From Candidatus Bipolaricaulota bacterium (lineage in GTDB: Bacteria > Patescibacteriota > Patescibacteriia > UBA11705 > DATKZF01): DNA of 64,000 nt. A program made the translations under genes and the position numbers. The notes beneath the pieces were generated by a model. It searched no databases. It was not told where the DNA came from and was given only the letters and a program-made list of their open reading frames with translations. Below are positions 1-11,230 of this stretch, piece after piece (the stretch's first letter is position 1; each line of letters opens with the position of its first letter). The stretch spans positions 92,508 to 156,507 of the forward strand of contig DATKZF010000001.1 of NCBI GenBank assembly GCA_035528115.1. The letters are read 5' to 3'.

Positions 1-3000
1 AAATTGTCGGATCCTCTGTCAGCGCCAAAACGGACAAAAACGGAGTGGCCACGATCGATACGGGCAAAATTTTAAGCTTAACGGAGATCAAGGAGCAAAG
101 ATTGGAAAATAATTATTTGATGAAAATATCGGCCGATAACAAAGCTGTCATTATCCCATTGAGCGCCGATTATTATTATTTGGGAGAAAATGAGAGCGAT
201 CAATATTGGAATTATTTTTTCAGCGACAGATCGATGTACAAACCGAATGACACCCTTAATTTTTGGGGATTCGCGCAGAGTCGCAATGGCCAGGAAAATA
301 TAGATAAAGTGAAAATTTCTCTTACGGAATTCGATTACAAAAATTATTATTACGAATCAATCGACGTCAATCAGGTTGTCGCCGAGGTTTCCGGAGGCGG
401 CACTTTTTCAGGCAAGATGGATCTGAAAAGCTTGACTCCCGGATATTACAGTTTGGATTTTTATATCAATGATAATTTGGTTTCGCGAAGATCCATCTCG
501 ATCGAAGATTACATTAAGCCGGCATACAGCCTGAACATAGTGCCGGAGAAAAAAGCCATTATCGCCGGCGAGCCCATCAATATTGATGTTAACGCTTCTT
601 TTTTCGAAGGAACCCCGGTGCCTAATCTGGCGCTTAGCTATAATGCCGATAAAGAAGATAAAACAATAAAGACGGACGCGCGAGGCGACGCCAAGATAAC
701 CATCTCGACAAACGCCTCCAAGCTTAATGACGATTGCATCAAAACCGCGAGTTGCCATCTTTACGAAAGCTCATACCGGAATGTTAATATTTCTCAGCTC
801 GATTCCGAAGAAGCGGATATTTACGACACGGTGACAATCAGACTTTATAACGCCGCCATTCAAGCCGGCGCCAGATTCGAGGCCATCGGCAACAATAAGG
901 CCAAAATTGAAACTAGAATAAATAACATTGATTTTGATGAATTGAACGCGGGTGAAGCTTCCATTTACAACGCGCCCGTTTTCGAGGATGAGTCCAAGAC
1001 GGCGGTCGCCAACGCGACATTTCAGGCGGCGGTCACGGAAATCACTTATGTCAAAAACGAAACCGGGGAATATTACGATTTTATCAATAAAGTTGTCAAA
1101 AAAACTTATGATTACGACAGGCAAGAAAATGTGGTTTTGGTTTATGATGGAAAAACCGACGCCAATGGCAAACATATTTTCGAATTGAATATTGACCCCG
1201 AAAAAAGTTATCAGGTGCAAATTTTAACCAAGGATGCGGCCGGAAGACAAACAATCGCCGACGCGTACATGTCGGGCAATTATCAGCCGTCTCTTTTTTC
1301 TCAATACGAACTGAAATTTAAAAATAAAGATGATGATTATTCGGCGACCTTTGATTTGGGAGAAAAAGTTGATGTCTCTTTCAATAAAGATGGTGTGCAA
1401 CTGCCCGCCGGAGGCAAGGATTATCTTTACCTTAATCTTCAAAAAGGCTTGATGAATTACTTTGTTAGCGATGCCGCGGAATACGCTTTCGAGTTTGAAG
1501 AAAAACATATTCCCAACGTGAACGTGAAAGGAGTATTTTTCGATGGGCAGGCGTATCATGAGGCCAATTCGGATTGGTATTTGGGATTTTCTCAAAGTAT
1601 TATCGCCAGATACAACAGTCTGTCCAAAGAATTGAATATCGCGGTCAAAGCTGATAAAGATAAATACGAACCTGGCGAAAAAGTAACATTGGATGTAAAA
1701 GTGTCCGATCGAAACAATAAAGCCAAAAAAACCGACGTAAATTTCAGTCTGGTGGATGAAGCGTTTTTCAGTCTGAGCGACCAGACCGTCATGCCCCTGG
1801 ACACTTTGTACGAGCCGGTTTCCACCGGTTTGATAAGCACCTATAAATCTCACGATTATGTGAAGTTTATGGGAGGAGGAGGCGCTGAAGGCGGCGGTTG
1901 CTTTGCCGCCGGCACCAAGATAACCATGGCTGATGGCTCCAAGAAAAATATTGAAGACGTCAAAGAAGGCGATGAAATTTTAACTTTCGAAAACGAACGA
2001 GCAATAAAAACCGTTTCCGCGAAAGTGGTCGAAACATTCGAGCACACGGTTTCGGGATATTTGTTGATTAATGATTCCTTGCGGGTAACGCCCGAGCACA
2101 GAATGTTCATCAATAGCGGTTGGCAGATGATCGGGGAAGCGAAAGTCAATGATATGTTAATGGACGAATCGGGACAATTGGTCAGAATTGAGAAAATCGC
2201 TTATGAAAGGGAAATCGTCAAAGTTTACAATTTGCATATTGAGAAGTATCACACTTTTTTCGCCAATGGCATTTACGTCCATAATGAAAAAGGCGGCGCT
2301 CGAGTCAATTTTTTGGACGTGGCTTTGTTTCAAACCGTTTCCACGAATGCCAAAGGGGAGGGGCAGGTAAGCTTCACTTTGCCGGACAATTTGACCTCCT
2401 GGCGCGTGACCTGCCAGGCGATCAATCAGGATCTCTTCGCCGGTTCATCAGTCATTAATATCCCGGTCAGTTTGCCGGTTTTCGTGCAACCGAATGTTTC
2501 TTCGGAATATTTATCTAAGGACAAACCGATTATTAAAATGACCGCTTACGGAACGGAGTTGACTTCCAAAGATCCGGTGTCGTTTAATCTGAAATCCGAA
2601 ACGCTCGGTATCAATGAAAAGGGAATTGCCGGAGCGGCGTTTGTTCCGAATTATTATCAAATAGAATCAATGCCGCAAGGACAGCACGAGTTGGAATTGG
2701 GAGTAGAGAGCTCGAAAGGCAATGACGGCATGATAAAGAAAATAACGGTCTTGGCGTCGCGGCTTCGAGAATCCGCGCAAAGATTCTATACTTTGTCAGA
2801 TGATTTGAAGGTCGAAGGCGGCGCTGCGGGCCTGACCAAGCTGACTTTCAGCGATTTGAATCAAGGCAGCTTTTACTGGACATTGCAAAAGATGTCTTGG
2901 ACGGTCGGCGACAGAGTGGATCAAAAGCTTTCCAGAATTATCGGCGATGAATTGCTCCTGAAATATTTCAATGAAAATAAGTACGAGGCCGACGATCTTG

Positions 3001-4181
3001 ACGCGAGTTTGTATCAAGACGCGAAAACCGGCATCAGTTTGTTCCCGTACAGCGGCGGCGATTACGAGTTAACCGCGAAGATAGCGGCGGTGGCGGCCGA
3101 TCATTTCGATAAAAATAATTTGGCCAATTATTTTTACGCAAAATTGAATAGCGATAAATCCACGCGAGAAGAAGTGGCGCTGGCTTTGTTCGGTCTGGCC
3201 GGTTTGGACGAGCCCGTGTTATTGCCCGTTCAAGCTTTCGCGAAAATAGAAGATTTGCCGGTCATTGAAAAGTTGTATATAGGTTTGGCGCTGGAAAAGC
3301 TGGGCGACGGAGAATCGGCCAGGTCCATCTTAAAAGAGCTGTTGGACGATTATGGCGATGAAAAGGCGCCATACGCTTGGTTGAAAGCGGGTTCGGATCA
3401 AGACGATATTTTACGGGCGACATCTTTGGCGGCGGTGCTGGCCGGAGGATTGAATCATGAATCTCACGAAGCTCTTTGGAGATATGTCAGAGACAACAGA
3501 ACCGATGAAGTTTTGGTTAATCTTGAGCAGTTGATGTACACGACGTTTTCGATCGACCAACTCAGACCGGGAGAATCTTCTTTTTCCTATGAATTGAACG
3601 GAGAAGTGAAAAATATTTCGCTGGAAAAGGGATCTTGGCATCAAATCTATCTTTCTCCGGAACAATTGAGCCAAATCAAATTCAGTAACATTTCCGGCAA
3701 AATAGGCGTGGTGAGCGGTTATGAAATCGCGGCCACGGCCGTTAATTCCGAAGAAAACGGCCTTAAAATTTCAAGAGAGTATTATGTCAACGGTAAAAAG
3801 ACCAATACGTTCAAGGATACTGACTTGGTGCAGGTTAGAATTAATTATTCTTTCGACGCGGCCGCCGTGCAAGGCGAATATGAGGTGGTCGATTCTTTGC
3901 CCAGCGGTTTGAGAATCGTTACCAACCCCTTCAGCAGATATCGGGAATTTATTTCCTCGGCTTGCGGTTTGCGATATCCATACGAAATAAGCGGTCAAAG
4001 AGTCAAATTCGGCGTCTGGAAGACGACTTATTCCAATTATTGCAACAACGGGGAATTCACGTATTTCGCCAGAGTGGTCAATCCCGGAGAATATGAAGCT
4101 GAGCCGGTTTTATTGCAATCGATTAAATCAAGCGAATTGAAAAGATATTCGGAAAGCTCGAGGATAACCATTGAAAAATAA
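1..4181 (+). CDS. Large secreted/surface protein, 5'-truncated by the window edge; carries an embedded Hint/BIL domain
   Basis: The frame of the 45..4181 ORF stays open back to nt 3, so the true start lies upstream of the window. The 1378+ aa product is Asn/Asp/Tyr-rich with Ig-like repetitive segments and no obvious catalytic motif apart from the embedded Hint domain. Confidence 0.7.
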   Translation, partial: IVGSSVSAKTDKNGVATIDTGKILSLTEIKEQRLENNYLMKISADNKAVIIPLSADYYYLGENESDQYWNYFFSDRSMYKPNDTLNFWGFAQSRNGQENIDKVKISLTEFDYKNYYYESIDVNQVVAEVSGGGTFSGKMDLKSLTPGYYSLDFYINDNLVSRRSISIEDYIKPAYSLNIVPEKKAIIAGEPINIDVNASFFEGTPVPNLALSYNADKEDKTIKTDARGDAKITISTNASKLNDDCIKTASCHLYESSYRNVNISQLDSEEADIYDTVTIRLYNAAIQAGARFEAIGNNKAKIETRINNIDFDELNAGEASIYNAPVFEDESKTAVANATFQAAVTEITYVKNETGEYYDFINKVVKKTYDYDRQENVVLVYDGKTDANGKHIFELNIDPEKSYQVQILTKDAAGRQTIADAYMSGNYQPSLFSQYELKFKNKDDDYSATFDLGEKVDVSFNKDGVQLPAGGKDYLYLNLQKGLMNYFVSDAAEYAFEFEEKHIPNVNVKGVFFDGQAYHEANSDWYLGFSQSIIARYNSLSKELNIAVKADKDKYEPGEKVTLDVKVSDRNNKAKKTDVNFSLVDEAFFSLSDQTVMPLDTLYEPVSTGLISTYKSHDYVKFMGGGGAEGGGCFAAGTKITMADGSKKNIEDVKEGDEILTFENERAIKTVSAKVVETFEHTVSGYLLINDSLRVTPEHRMFINSGWQMIGEAKVNDMLMDESGQLVRIEKIAYEREIVKVYNLHIEKYHTFFANGIYVHNEKGGARVNFLDVALFQTVSTNAKGEGQVSFTLPDNLTSWRVTCQAINQDLFAGSSVINIPVSLPVFVQPNVSSEYLSKDKPIIKMTAYGTELTSKDPVSFNLKSETLGINEKGIAGAAFVPNYYQIESMPQGQHELELGVESSKGNDGMIKKITVLASRLRESAQRFYTLSDDLKVEGGAAGLTKLTFSDLNQGSFYWTLQKMSWTVGDRVDQKLSRIIGDELLLKYFNENKYEADDLDASLYQDAKTGISLFPYSGGDYELTAKIAAVAADHFDKNNLANYFYAKLNSDKSTREEVALALFGLAGLDEPVLLPVQAFAKIEDLPVIEKLYIGLALEKLGDGESARSILKELLDDYGDEKAPYAWLKAGSDQDDILRATSLAAVLAGGLNHESHEALWRYVRDNRTDEVLVNLEQLMYTTFSIDQLRPGESSFSYELNGEVKNISLEKGSWHQIYLSPEQLSQIKFSNISGKIGVVSGYEIAATAVNSEENGLKISREYYVNGKKTNTFKDTDLVQVRINYSFDAAAVQGEYEVVDSLPSGLRIVTNPFSRYREFISSACGLRYPYEISGQRVKFGVWKTTYSNYCNNGEFTYFARVVNPGEYEAEPVLLQSIKSSELKRYSESSRITIEK
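1899..2285 (+). other. Hint / bacterial intein-like (BIL, type A) domain inside the surface protein
   Basis: 129 aa that begin with Cys (CFAAGTKI), carry a TPEH block B, and end in HTFFANGIYVHN followed by Glu. A Gly-rich linker (GGGGAEGGG) sits immediately N-terminal. Confidence 0.6.
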
Positions 4182-5109
4182 CATGACAATCAGAAAAATA
4201 TTTTTAATTTTTCTCATACCGGCGGCGGTTGCTGCCGGTATGTTTTTTGTTTTTTTAAGCGGGGCTGAAATAAAAAACCATGTTACTGCCGATGAGACTG
4301 AACAACCCGTTCAAGAAATTTTGAGCGGTCAGATAATCAAAGCGGAGTTAAACCCGGATTATTTGTATCCGGCCTTGTTGTTCGCTGAAAGCGTGGAAAT
4401 AAAACAATACGGACTTATCAAAGGGGCAATTGTCACGCATCATGATTTGGCAATAAGGATGACCGCTGAAAATTTGTATAGAATTTCAAGAAATCAAAAA
4501 GTCGACAGATTGATTTTAATTTCGCCGAATCATTCTGACATCGGTTTGTCCCAGGCCATTGGCAGTCTGGCCGAGTATGACACTATATTCGGAAGATTGA
4601 GTCAGGATGAATCGATATTGGAGGATTTAAGGTCGGCCGGCTTGCTGTCTTATGATTATGAAAACATTAAAAATGAACATGGCATAAATTACATCGTGCC
4701 TTTGATAAAATATTATTTTCCGGAAGCCAAAGTCGCCGCGTTAAGTTTGTCTTCGAAACATGATTTAAAGCAGGATCTGAAATTAAGCAATGCGTTGTCG
4801 AAATATTTGGACGAAGCAAACACCGTCTTGATAGCGTCAATAGATTTTTCCCATTACCTTTCCACAAGCAGCGCCAATCAAAATGATTCGAAAACATTGG
4901 AAGCGATCAAGGCGCTTGATTTTGATTTTTTATCCACGTTCAATAATGATTTTTTTGATTCTCCGGCCGCGCTTTCGACCTTGATGAGCAGTCTCGATTT
5001 GGCTAAGGCGACGAATGACATAATTTTAGGTCATGCCAACTCCTCGGATTTTGTAGGCCATGAATTAAACAGCTCCACCGGTTACTTTTCGATTTTATTC
5101 TCAAAATAA
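4171..5109 (+). CDS. Membrane-anchored hypothetical protein
   Basis: ORF with an N-terminal TM helix. It overlaps the upstream gene by 11 nt; an alternative ATG lies at 4183. The His/Asp motifs (VTHHDLA, SPNHSD, IDFSHY) weakly resemble the Memo/LigB superfamily. Confidence 0.5.
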   Translation: MKNNMTIRKIFLIFLIPAAVAAGMFFVFLSGAEIKNHVTADETEQPVQEILSGQIIKAELNPDYLYPALLFAESVEIKQYGLIKGAIVTHHDLAIRMTAENLYRISRNQKVDRLILISPNHSDIGLSQAIGSLAEYDTIFGRLSQDESILEDLRSAGLLSYDYENIKNEHGINYIVPLIKYYFPEAKVAALSLSSKHDLKQDLKLSNALSKYLDEANTVLIASIDFSHYLSTSSANQNDSKTLEAIKALDFDFLSTFNNDFFDSPAALSTLMSSLDLAKATNDIILGHANSSDFVGHELNSSTGYFSILFSK

Positions 5110-5123
5110 AAAAAATAGTCCTA

Positions 5124-5159
5124 AAAAAGCTTGAAAAATAAGCTTTTTTTTGGTACAAT
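5124..5159 (+). promoter_or_regulatory. Terminator hairpin overlapping a sigma70-like promoter
   Basis: Hairpin AAAGCTT-gaaaaat-AAGCTTT followed by a T-run. TTGAAA (5131-5136) and TACAAT (5154-5159) are separated by a 17-bp spacer. The -10 ends about 8 nt before the ATG at 5168, so the downstream GT2 gene may be leaderless. Confidence 0.45.
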
Positions 5160-5167
5160 CAATTTAT

Positions 5168-6229
5168 ATGGAAAAAATCGCCATAATCATGATAAATTAT
5201 AAGGACTACGCCAAGCGGTTTTTAAAAGAAAGCGCGGAGTCTTTATCAAAAATAAATTATCCCAACGAAAATTGGCGGTTATACGTGGTGGACAATGAAA
5301 GCTCTCCTGAAACGGTGGCGAGCATAAAGGAATTGGCGCCGGAGGCCGTCATCGTGCCTTCCGGAGGCAATGGTTGGGGACATGGCAATAATGTCGGCGT
5401 TAAAAAGGCAATGGAGGACGGGTTTGACGATTATTTCTTTTTCGTCAATATGGACACGATTTTCGATCCGAAGTTTATCAATGAGGCCTTGAGCGTTTAT
5501 AAAAGCGATGATAAAATCGGCATTGTCCAATCAAAATTGCTTTTGCATCCGCCCCAAAACGGGCAATACTATCTGAATTCGGGCGGCAACGCCTTGACGT
5601 TTCTGGGCTTCGGCTATTGCGCCGGCGACGGCAAGGTTGACGATATTTCCATGGAGACGACGGATATTATTTCCGCGGCCGGAGCCGGACTTTTAATTTC
5701 AAAAGAAAAATTCATGGAGATCGGTCAATGCGATGAGACTTATTTCATGTACCATGATGATATTGAATTGAGCCAAAAAATAAAATTGGCCGGATACAGG
5801 TTGGTTTTGGCGCCAAAGTCAGTAATTTATCATAAACATGAATTCGGCCGATCAATTCGTCAAGTGTATTTCATGGAGAGAAACAGGTTAAGATTTTTAT
5901 TGGAATTTTTGCGCTGGCCGACTTTGATTATCATTTTCCCCGCCTTTGTTTTGATGGAAATCGGCATGTTGCCTTTTGAAATAATGAATAAATGGTTTGG
6001 CGCCAAATTGAAAGCTTATGGATATTTTTTCAGCTTGAAAAATTTGAAATTGATTTTTCAAAAAAGGAGAGCAATTCAGCGTTTGAGAAAAATCAAAGAC
6101 AGGGAATTTACGAAAAAATTCGTGGGCAAAATAGAATATCAGCAGATTGAAAATCCATTGCTCAAATACGTTGCCAATCCGCTGTTTAATTTGTATTGGA
6201 AAATAACGAAATATCTAATTTTTTGGTAA
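5168..6229 (+). CDS. Glycosyltransferase family 2
   Basis: N-terminus IAIIMINYKDY...VVDNESS matches the GT2 Rossmann start. DxD-like motifs are present and there is a C-terminal TM region. The ORF-track start at 5150 is a TTG; the ATG at 5168 is preferred. Confidence 0.8.
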   Translation: MEKIAIIMINYKDYAKRFLKESAESLSKINYPNENWRLYVVDNESSPETVASIKELAPEAVIVPSGGNGWGHGNNVGVKKAMEDGFDDYFFFVNMDTIFDPKFINEALSVYKSDDKIGIVQSKLLLHPPQNGQYYLNSGGNALTFLGFGYCAGDGKVDDISMETTDIISAAGAGLLISKEKFMEIGQCDETYFMYHDDIELSQKIKLAGYRLVLAPKSVIYHKHEFGRSIRQVYFMERNRLRFLLEFLRWPTLIIIFPAFVLMEIGMLPFEIMNKWFGAKLKAYGYFFSLKNLKLIFQKRRAIQRLRKIKDREFTKKFVGKIEYQQIENPLLKYVANPLFNLYWKITKYLIFW

Positions 6230-6232
6230 TAT

Positions 6233-7393
6233 ATGAGCGCTAAAGACAAGTCAAATTTGAAAATCGCGCAAGTAGTGTGCGTGGTGCCTCCGTACGGAGG
6301 CGGCATCGGAGTGGTGGCGCATTGTTATGCGTCCGAATTGTCGCGTTTGGGTCATCAAGTCGATGTTTTCGTGCCCAGATTCGATGTCGATCCGGATTAT
6401 AAACGCAATTACAATCTGCGATTATTAAGGCCGCTTATTCGTTCCGGCAACGCCTCCTTGGTCCCCAACTTGTATTGGCGATTGAAAAACAAATACGACA
6501 TTGTGCATTTGCATTATCCTTTTATCGGCGGCACAGAGGTGATTAACAGTTTGCGCAAGAAAAGATTTATAAAGAAGTTGGTGGTGAGCTATCACATGGA
6601 TTTCGTGGGTGAAGGAGTAAAAGGCAAATTATTGAAATATTACGCCAGTTGGCAGACGCCCAGAATCATTAAAACCGCGGACAAGGTGGTTGTTTCCTCC
6701 ATCGATTACATGATGGATAGCTCTATCAGGAAATTTTATTTGAAAGATAAGGCCAAGTTTTTGGAATTGCCGTTTGGCGTGAAAAGAACTTATCGAGTCA
6801 GACCCAAAGATCCGTATTTGCTGAAAAGGTTCAAAATAAAACCTGAGGACAAAATACTTTTGTTTGTCGGCGGTCTGGACGCGGCTCATTATTTCAAAGG
6901 CGTGAATTATTTGATTGACGCCATGAAGTATTTGGACGCAAATTACAAATTGATCGTCGTCGGGGAAGGGGATTTGAAAAAGACATATATCGAGCAAGCC
7001 AAATCGATCGGCCAAGAAAACAGAATATTTTTCACCGGCTATATTGAGAGCGACCAATTGCCGGATTATTACGCGCTGTGCGATTTATTCGTTTTGCCAT
7101 CCGTTGATAAATCGGAAGCTTTCGGCATTGTTTTAGTGGAAGCGCTCGCTTCCGGCAAGCCCGTGATAGCCTCAAATTTGAAAGGTGTCAGAACAGTGGT
7201 CGATTCCGGCAGAAACGGCCTTTTGTTTGAGCCAAAAAACTCAAAGGATATTTCGGATAAGGCTAAAATTATTTTGCAGAATACCAGATTATACGCGCAA
7301 TTTTCAGAAAACGCGACCAAGGTGGCGAATATGAAGTATCGTTGGCCTCAAATCGTGAAAAAACTGGAAGAAGCATATTTGGAGATATTATGA
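6233..7393 (+). CDS. Glycosyltransferase family 4 (GT-B)
   Basis: C-terminal EAFGIVLVEALASGKPVIAS motif (the EX7E region). Confidence 0.85.
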   Translation: MSAKDKSNLKIAQVVCVVPPYGGGIGVVAHCYASELSRLGHQVDVFVPRFDVDPDYKRNYNLRLLRPLIRSGNASLVPNLYWRLKNKYDIVHLHYPFIGGTEVINSLRKKRFIKKLVVSYHMDFVGEGVKGKLLKYYASWQTPRIIKTADKVVVSSIDYMMDSSIRKFYLKDKAKFLELPFGVKRTYRVRPKDPYLLKRFKIKPEDKILLFVGGLDAAHYFKGVNYLIDAMKYLDANYKLIVVGEGDLKKTYIEQAKSIGQENRIFFTGYIESDQLPDYYALCDLFVLPSVDKSEAFGIVLVEALASGKPVIASNLKGVRTVVDSGRNGLLFEPKNSKDISDKAKIILQNTRLYAQFSENATKVANMKYRWPQIVKKLEEAYLEIL

Positions 7394-8556
7394 AGATCGC
7401 CATTATCAGTAATTTATTCGCTCCTTATCAGCGTGGCGGCGCGGAAAAAATCGCCAAAGCGCAAGCGGAATTTCTGGTGAAAAATCATGAGGTTTTTGTG
7501 ATTTCTTCAAAGCCTGACGGCTCTGAAATTTCAGTGGAGCAAAAAAACGAATTAAAAATTTATCGTCTTTCTTCGGCCAACATATATTATTATCTCGACG
7601 ATTTTAGGCATGGCGTTTTGGCCAGACTGATTTGGCATTATTTAGATCAAATCAATTTGGTCAATTTTTTCAGGGTCAGGAAAATCCTAAAAAAAGAAAA
7701 ACCGGATTTGGTTGTCTCGCACAATTTAATGGGCTTGGGGTTTTTAATTCCGCTGGTTTTGAAAAAATACCAATGGACTCATGTTTTGCACGATGTTCAG
7801 CTGGCCGCGCCGAGTGGTTTGATTATCAAGGGCGAGGAAAATACTTTTTCAGTGGCGGGCTGGCCGGTAAAAATATATTCTTGGTTGAATAAGAGGCTTT
7901 TCAATTCGCCGACCAAAGTCGTGTCGCCATCAAATTGGCTGCTTGATTTTTATTTGGTCAAAGGATTTTTTAAAAAATCCAAAACGCAGGTTTTGCCCAA
8001 TCCGATTTTATTTGAAATTAAAAATTCTACGAAAGAAAAATCGTCATCTTTGAAATTGCTTTTTGTCGGACAAATCGAGGAGCACAAAGGCATATTATTT
8101 TTAATAAACGCTTTGAAGGAATCAAAACGAAATTTTATTTTAAGCATAGCCGGTTCCGGTTCGAAAGAATCCGAGGTTAAGTCTCTGCTCGGCGGAGATG
8201 AAAGATTTAAGTATTTGGGAAAGTTGGCTCCGATGGAAATCAAAGACTTGATAGCGACGTCTGATTTTTTGGTCGTTCCGTCTCTTTGTTATGAAAATTC
8301 TCCGACCGTGATTTATGAAGCGTTCAGTCAAGGAATGCCGGTTATCGCCTCGAAGATCGGCGGCATTGGAGAATTGGTGAAAGAAGGGGAGACGGGTTTT
8401 GTGTTTGAAGCGGGTGATCGAGACCAGCTTATTCTGGCGGTTCAAAAAGCCATGGCAACGCAAAATTACGGCCAACTCTCCCAAAATTGTCTGAGCACGG
8501 TAGGTGATTTTAATTCGAAACAATATTTGGAGAAATTATTGGACGTGTTTCAATAA
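7390..8556 (+). CDS. Glycosyltransferase family 4 (GT-B)
   Basis: ENSPTVIYEAFSQGMPVIASKIGG motif. The ATG at 7390 overlaps the upstream stop in an ATGA arrangement, and the product starts MKIAIISNLF. Confidence 0.85.
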   Translation: MKIAIISNLFAPYQRGGAEKIAKAQAEFLVKNHEVFVISSKPDGSEISVEQKNELKIYRLSSANIYYYLDDFRHGVLARLIWHYLDQINLVNFFRVRKILKKEKPDLVVSHNLMGLGFLIPLVLKKYQWTHVLHDVQLAAPSGLIIKGEENTFSVAGWPVKIYSWLNKRLFNSPTKVVSPSNWLLDFYLVKGFFKKSKTQVLPNPILFEIKNSTKEKSSSLKLLFVGQIEEHKGILFLINALKESKRNFILSIAGSGSKESEVKSLLGGDERFKYLGKLAPMEIKDLIATSDFLVVPSLCYENSPTVIYEAFSQGMPVIASKIGGIGELVKEGETGFVFEAGDRDQLILAVQKAMATQNYGQLSQNCLSTVGDFNSKQYLEKLLDVFQ

Positions 8557-8639
8557 TAGTAATAGACAGCCGGCTGGGAGCCAGCATCGCATAAAAACAT
8601 ACCACCTAACCCGGCAGAGAGCTTGACTCTCTGCTCTTA

Positions 8640-8672
8640 AGTTGTCATATTTCAATAATAATGATATAATCA
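8640..8672 (+). promoter_or_regulatory. Putative promoter of tRNA-Trp
   Basis: TTGTCA followed by TGATATAAT (an extended -10), about 20 nt upstream of the tRNA. Confidence 0.4.
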
Positions 8673-8693
8673 TAACGATTTCGATTTGATTAC

Positions 8694-8767
8694 GGGGGCG
8701 TCGTATAGTGGTAGTACAACGGTCTCCAAAACCGTTTGCGTGGGTTCGATTCCTACCGCCCCTGCCA
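8694..8767 (+). tRNA. trnW: tRNA-Trp (anticodon CCA)
   Basis: Cloverleaf: acceptor GGGGGCG/CGCCCCT, anticodon loop CTCCAAA, T-arm GTGGGTTCGATTCCTAC, with an encoded 3' CCA. Confidence 0.85.
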
Positions 8768-8802
8768 CGTCGCTCGCCACAGTCGTTCGTGAACGACGTG
8801 GC
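8764..8802 (+). terminator. Hairpin overlapping the tRNA 3' end (processing or termination structure)
   Basis: GCCACGTCG...CGACGTGGC, a 9-10 bp stem with an inner GTCGTT/GAACGAC sub-palindrome. No T-run follows. Confidence 0.35.
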
Positions 8803-8915
8803 TCGCGAGCAATATTTCAGCCAAATGCTGATTTTTTTTGTTTATCAACAAATTGGTTCGTTTGTTGCAAGGAGCGTGTTATAATAGCAATGATTTTAAT
8901 TAATTTTCAAATATT

Positions 8916-9887
8916 ATGAAAAAATCCAATCTAAAATGGATCTTGCTCGCGGTCGCGGTTATCATCGCCGCCGCCTTGATTTATTTTTTGGCGATCAAGG
9001 GAGTTTATAAAAAAGAAATTTACGAAAATTCGCGCTATCAGTACAGCTTGAATTATCCCGCGGATTGGACTTTGGGAGCGGAGGAGACAAATAACGCGGG
9101 CAGGGAAATATTTTCACCGGATAAAAAGGTTTATTGCTATGTTTACGGTTTTGAAAATGCGTTGGTAAACGACAACGGCGAGCCGCAGACGATCGATGAA
9201 TTTTCTGATTGGCTGGTCACGGCTTCCAAAGAGTTATCGACCGAGGAAGAGCCGATAAATCTGTTGACCAGAGAAGCGACAAAGCTCGACGGTTGGCCGG
9301 CAATGAAAATGTCGTTTGACGAAGGCGCGATTGTCAGAGAGGCTGTTTATACTCTGGGCAAAAGCACCGGATTGGGATTCTTTTGCGTCTATCCGACCCG
9401 AGATGATCAAACGCAATACGGAAAAGATTTCGAAAAGATGTATAAAAGTATTGCTATCAAATCAGATTTGGACGGCGCGGGAACAAACGCCATCAGCTGC
9501 GCCAATCTGCTCGGCGGCGCGACCACCCCGTTAAAGGGCAAGGAAGTTTTTTACGATACCGCCTACACCGAGGTTACCATGACCGGCCGCGAGGACTGGG
9601 ATCAAGATCGTTTGCCCTTGCAGGTGGTACAGCTGGAGCCGGCCGGATATGAGTGTTATCCGATGCCGTTTGAATTCTCGGATTCTTCGCCGGACGACGT
9701 GAACGCCCAGCCCGAAGTCACCAAAGTGGAATGGACGTGTGAATTGCCGTATGAGGAGTGGGGATACGTGGCGTTCGATGATGAAAATGAAAAAGCCGCG
9801 CAGGAGAAAGAAGGACTTGTTTGCAAGCAAGACAACTGCATGGATGAAAATTCCGCGCTGACGTCAATTTGGTTTTGTTCCAAATAA
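8916..9887 (+). CDS. Hypothetical secreted/membrane-anchored protein
   Basis: Signal-anchor N-terminus, Cys-rich C-terminal region, no recognisable motif. Confidence 0.6.
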   Translation: MKKSNLKWILLAVAVIIAAALIYFLAIKGVYKKEIYENSRYQYSLNYPADWTLGAEETNNAGREIFSPDKKVYCYVYGFENALVNDNGEPQTIDEFSDWLVTASKELSTEEEPINLLTREATKLDGWPAMKMSFDEGAIVREAVYTLGKSTGLGFFCVYPTRDDQTQYGKDFEKMYKSIAIKSDLDGAGTNAISCANLLGGATTPLKGKEVFYDTAYTEVTMTGREDWDQDRLPLQVVQLEPAGYECYPMPFEFSDSSPDDVNAQPEVTKVEWTCELPYEEWGYVAFDDENEKAAQEKEGLVCKQDNCMDENSALTSIWFCSK

Positions 9888-9890
9888 AAT

Positions 9891-9950
9891 GTTACGAATT
9901 ACAATATTCTTAAGCATAAAGCTACAAATGGATGTAATTTGTAAGAATAT
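9891..9950 (+). repeat. MITE-like repeat, short form (R1)
   Basis: GTTACGAATTACAA, then attcttaagcataaagctacaa, then gatgtaatttgtaagaatat. Lies between two convergent genes. Confidence 0.6.
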
Positions 9951-10973
<1,023 letters not shown>

Positions 10974-11022
10974 AAACCAAATTGTAACATTAAATTGTTT
11001 TTCGGTCAATTGAGGCGAGATT

Positions 11023-11050
11023 TGAGTTTTGGGAGGGGAAAGGGTAAAAT
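11023..11050. repeat. 28-bp direct repeat, left copy (tgagttttgggaggggaaagggtaaaat)
   Basis: Perfect 28/28 match to 16178..16205. The flanking bases differ. Confidence 0.8.
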
Positions 11051-11230
11051 ATGGTTGTGCGAGATACATGTTTTACTTTTGGGGCTATCGTCAGAGCTTT
11101 TAAAAGAAAGTGGATTTTTTTCTTTTTTATAGAGGGGATATAAGGAATTTTCACGCTACGCTCCAAAACTTTATTTTATAATTAGAGCTAAGGCGCTATA
11201 ATACAACAGAAATAAATTCGAAATACGCTT

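Noticed and set aside
1899-2285. A canonical self-splicing intein in the surface protein
   Set aside because: The +1 residue after the terminal HN is Glu, not Cys, Ser or Thr, and there is no homing-endonuclease insert. A BIL/Hint domain is the better reading.
8686-8919. A 77-aa ORF
   Set aside because: It is entirely overlapped by tRNA-Trp and its terminator hairpin, so it is spurious.
11023-11050. The 28-bp repeat as a shared promoter
   Set aside because: There is no -35/-10 pair with workable spacing. The downstream genes differ in orientation and distance. A repeat marking the island boundary fits better.
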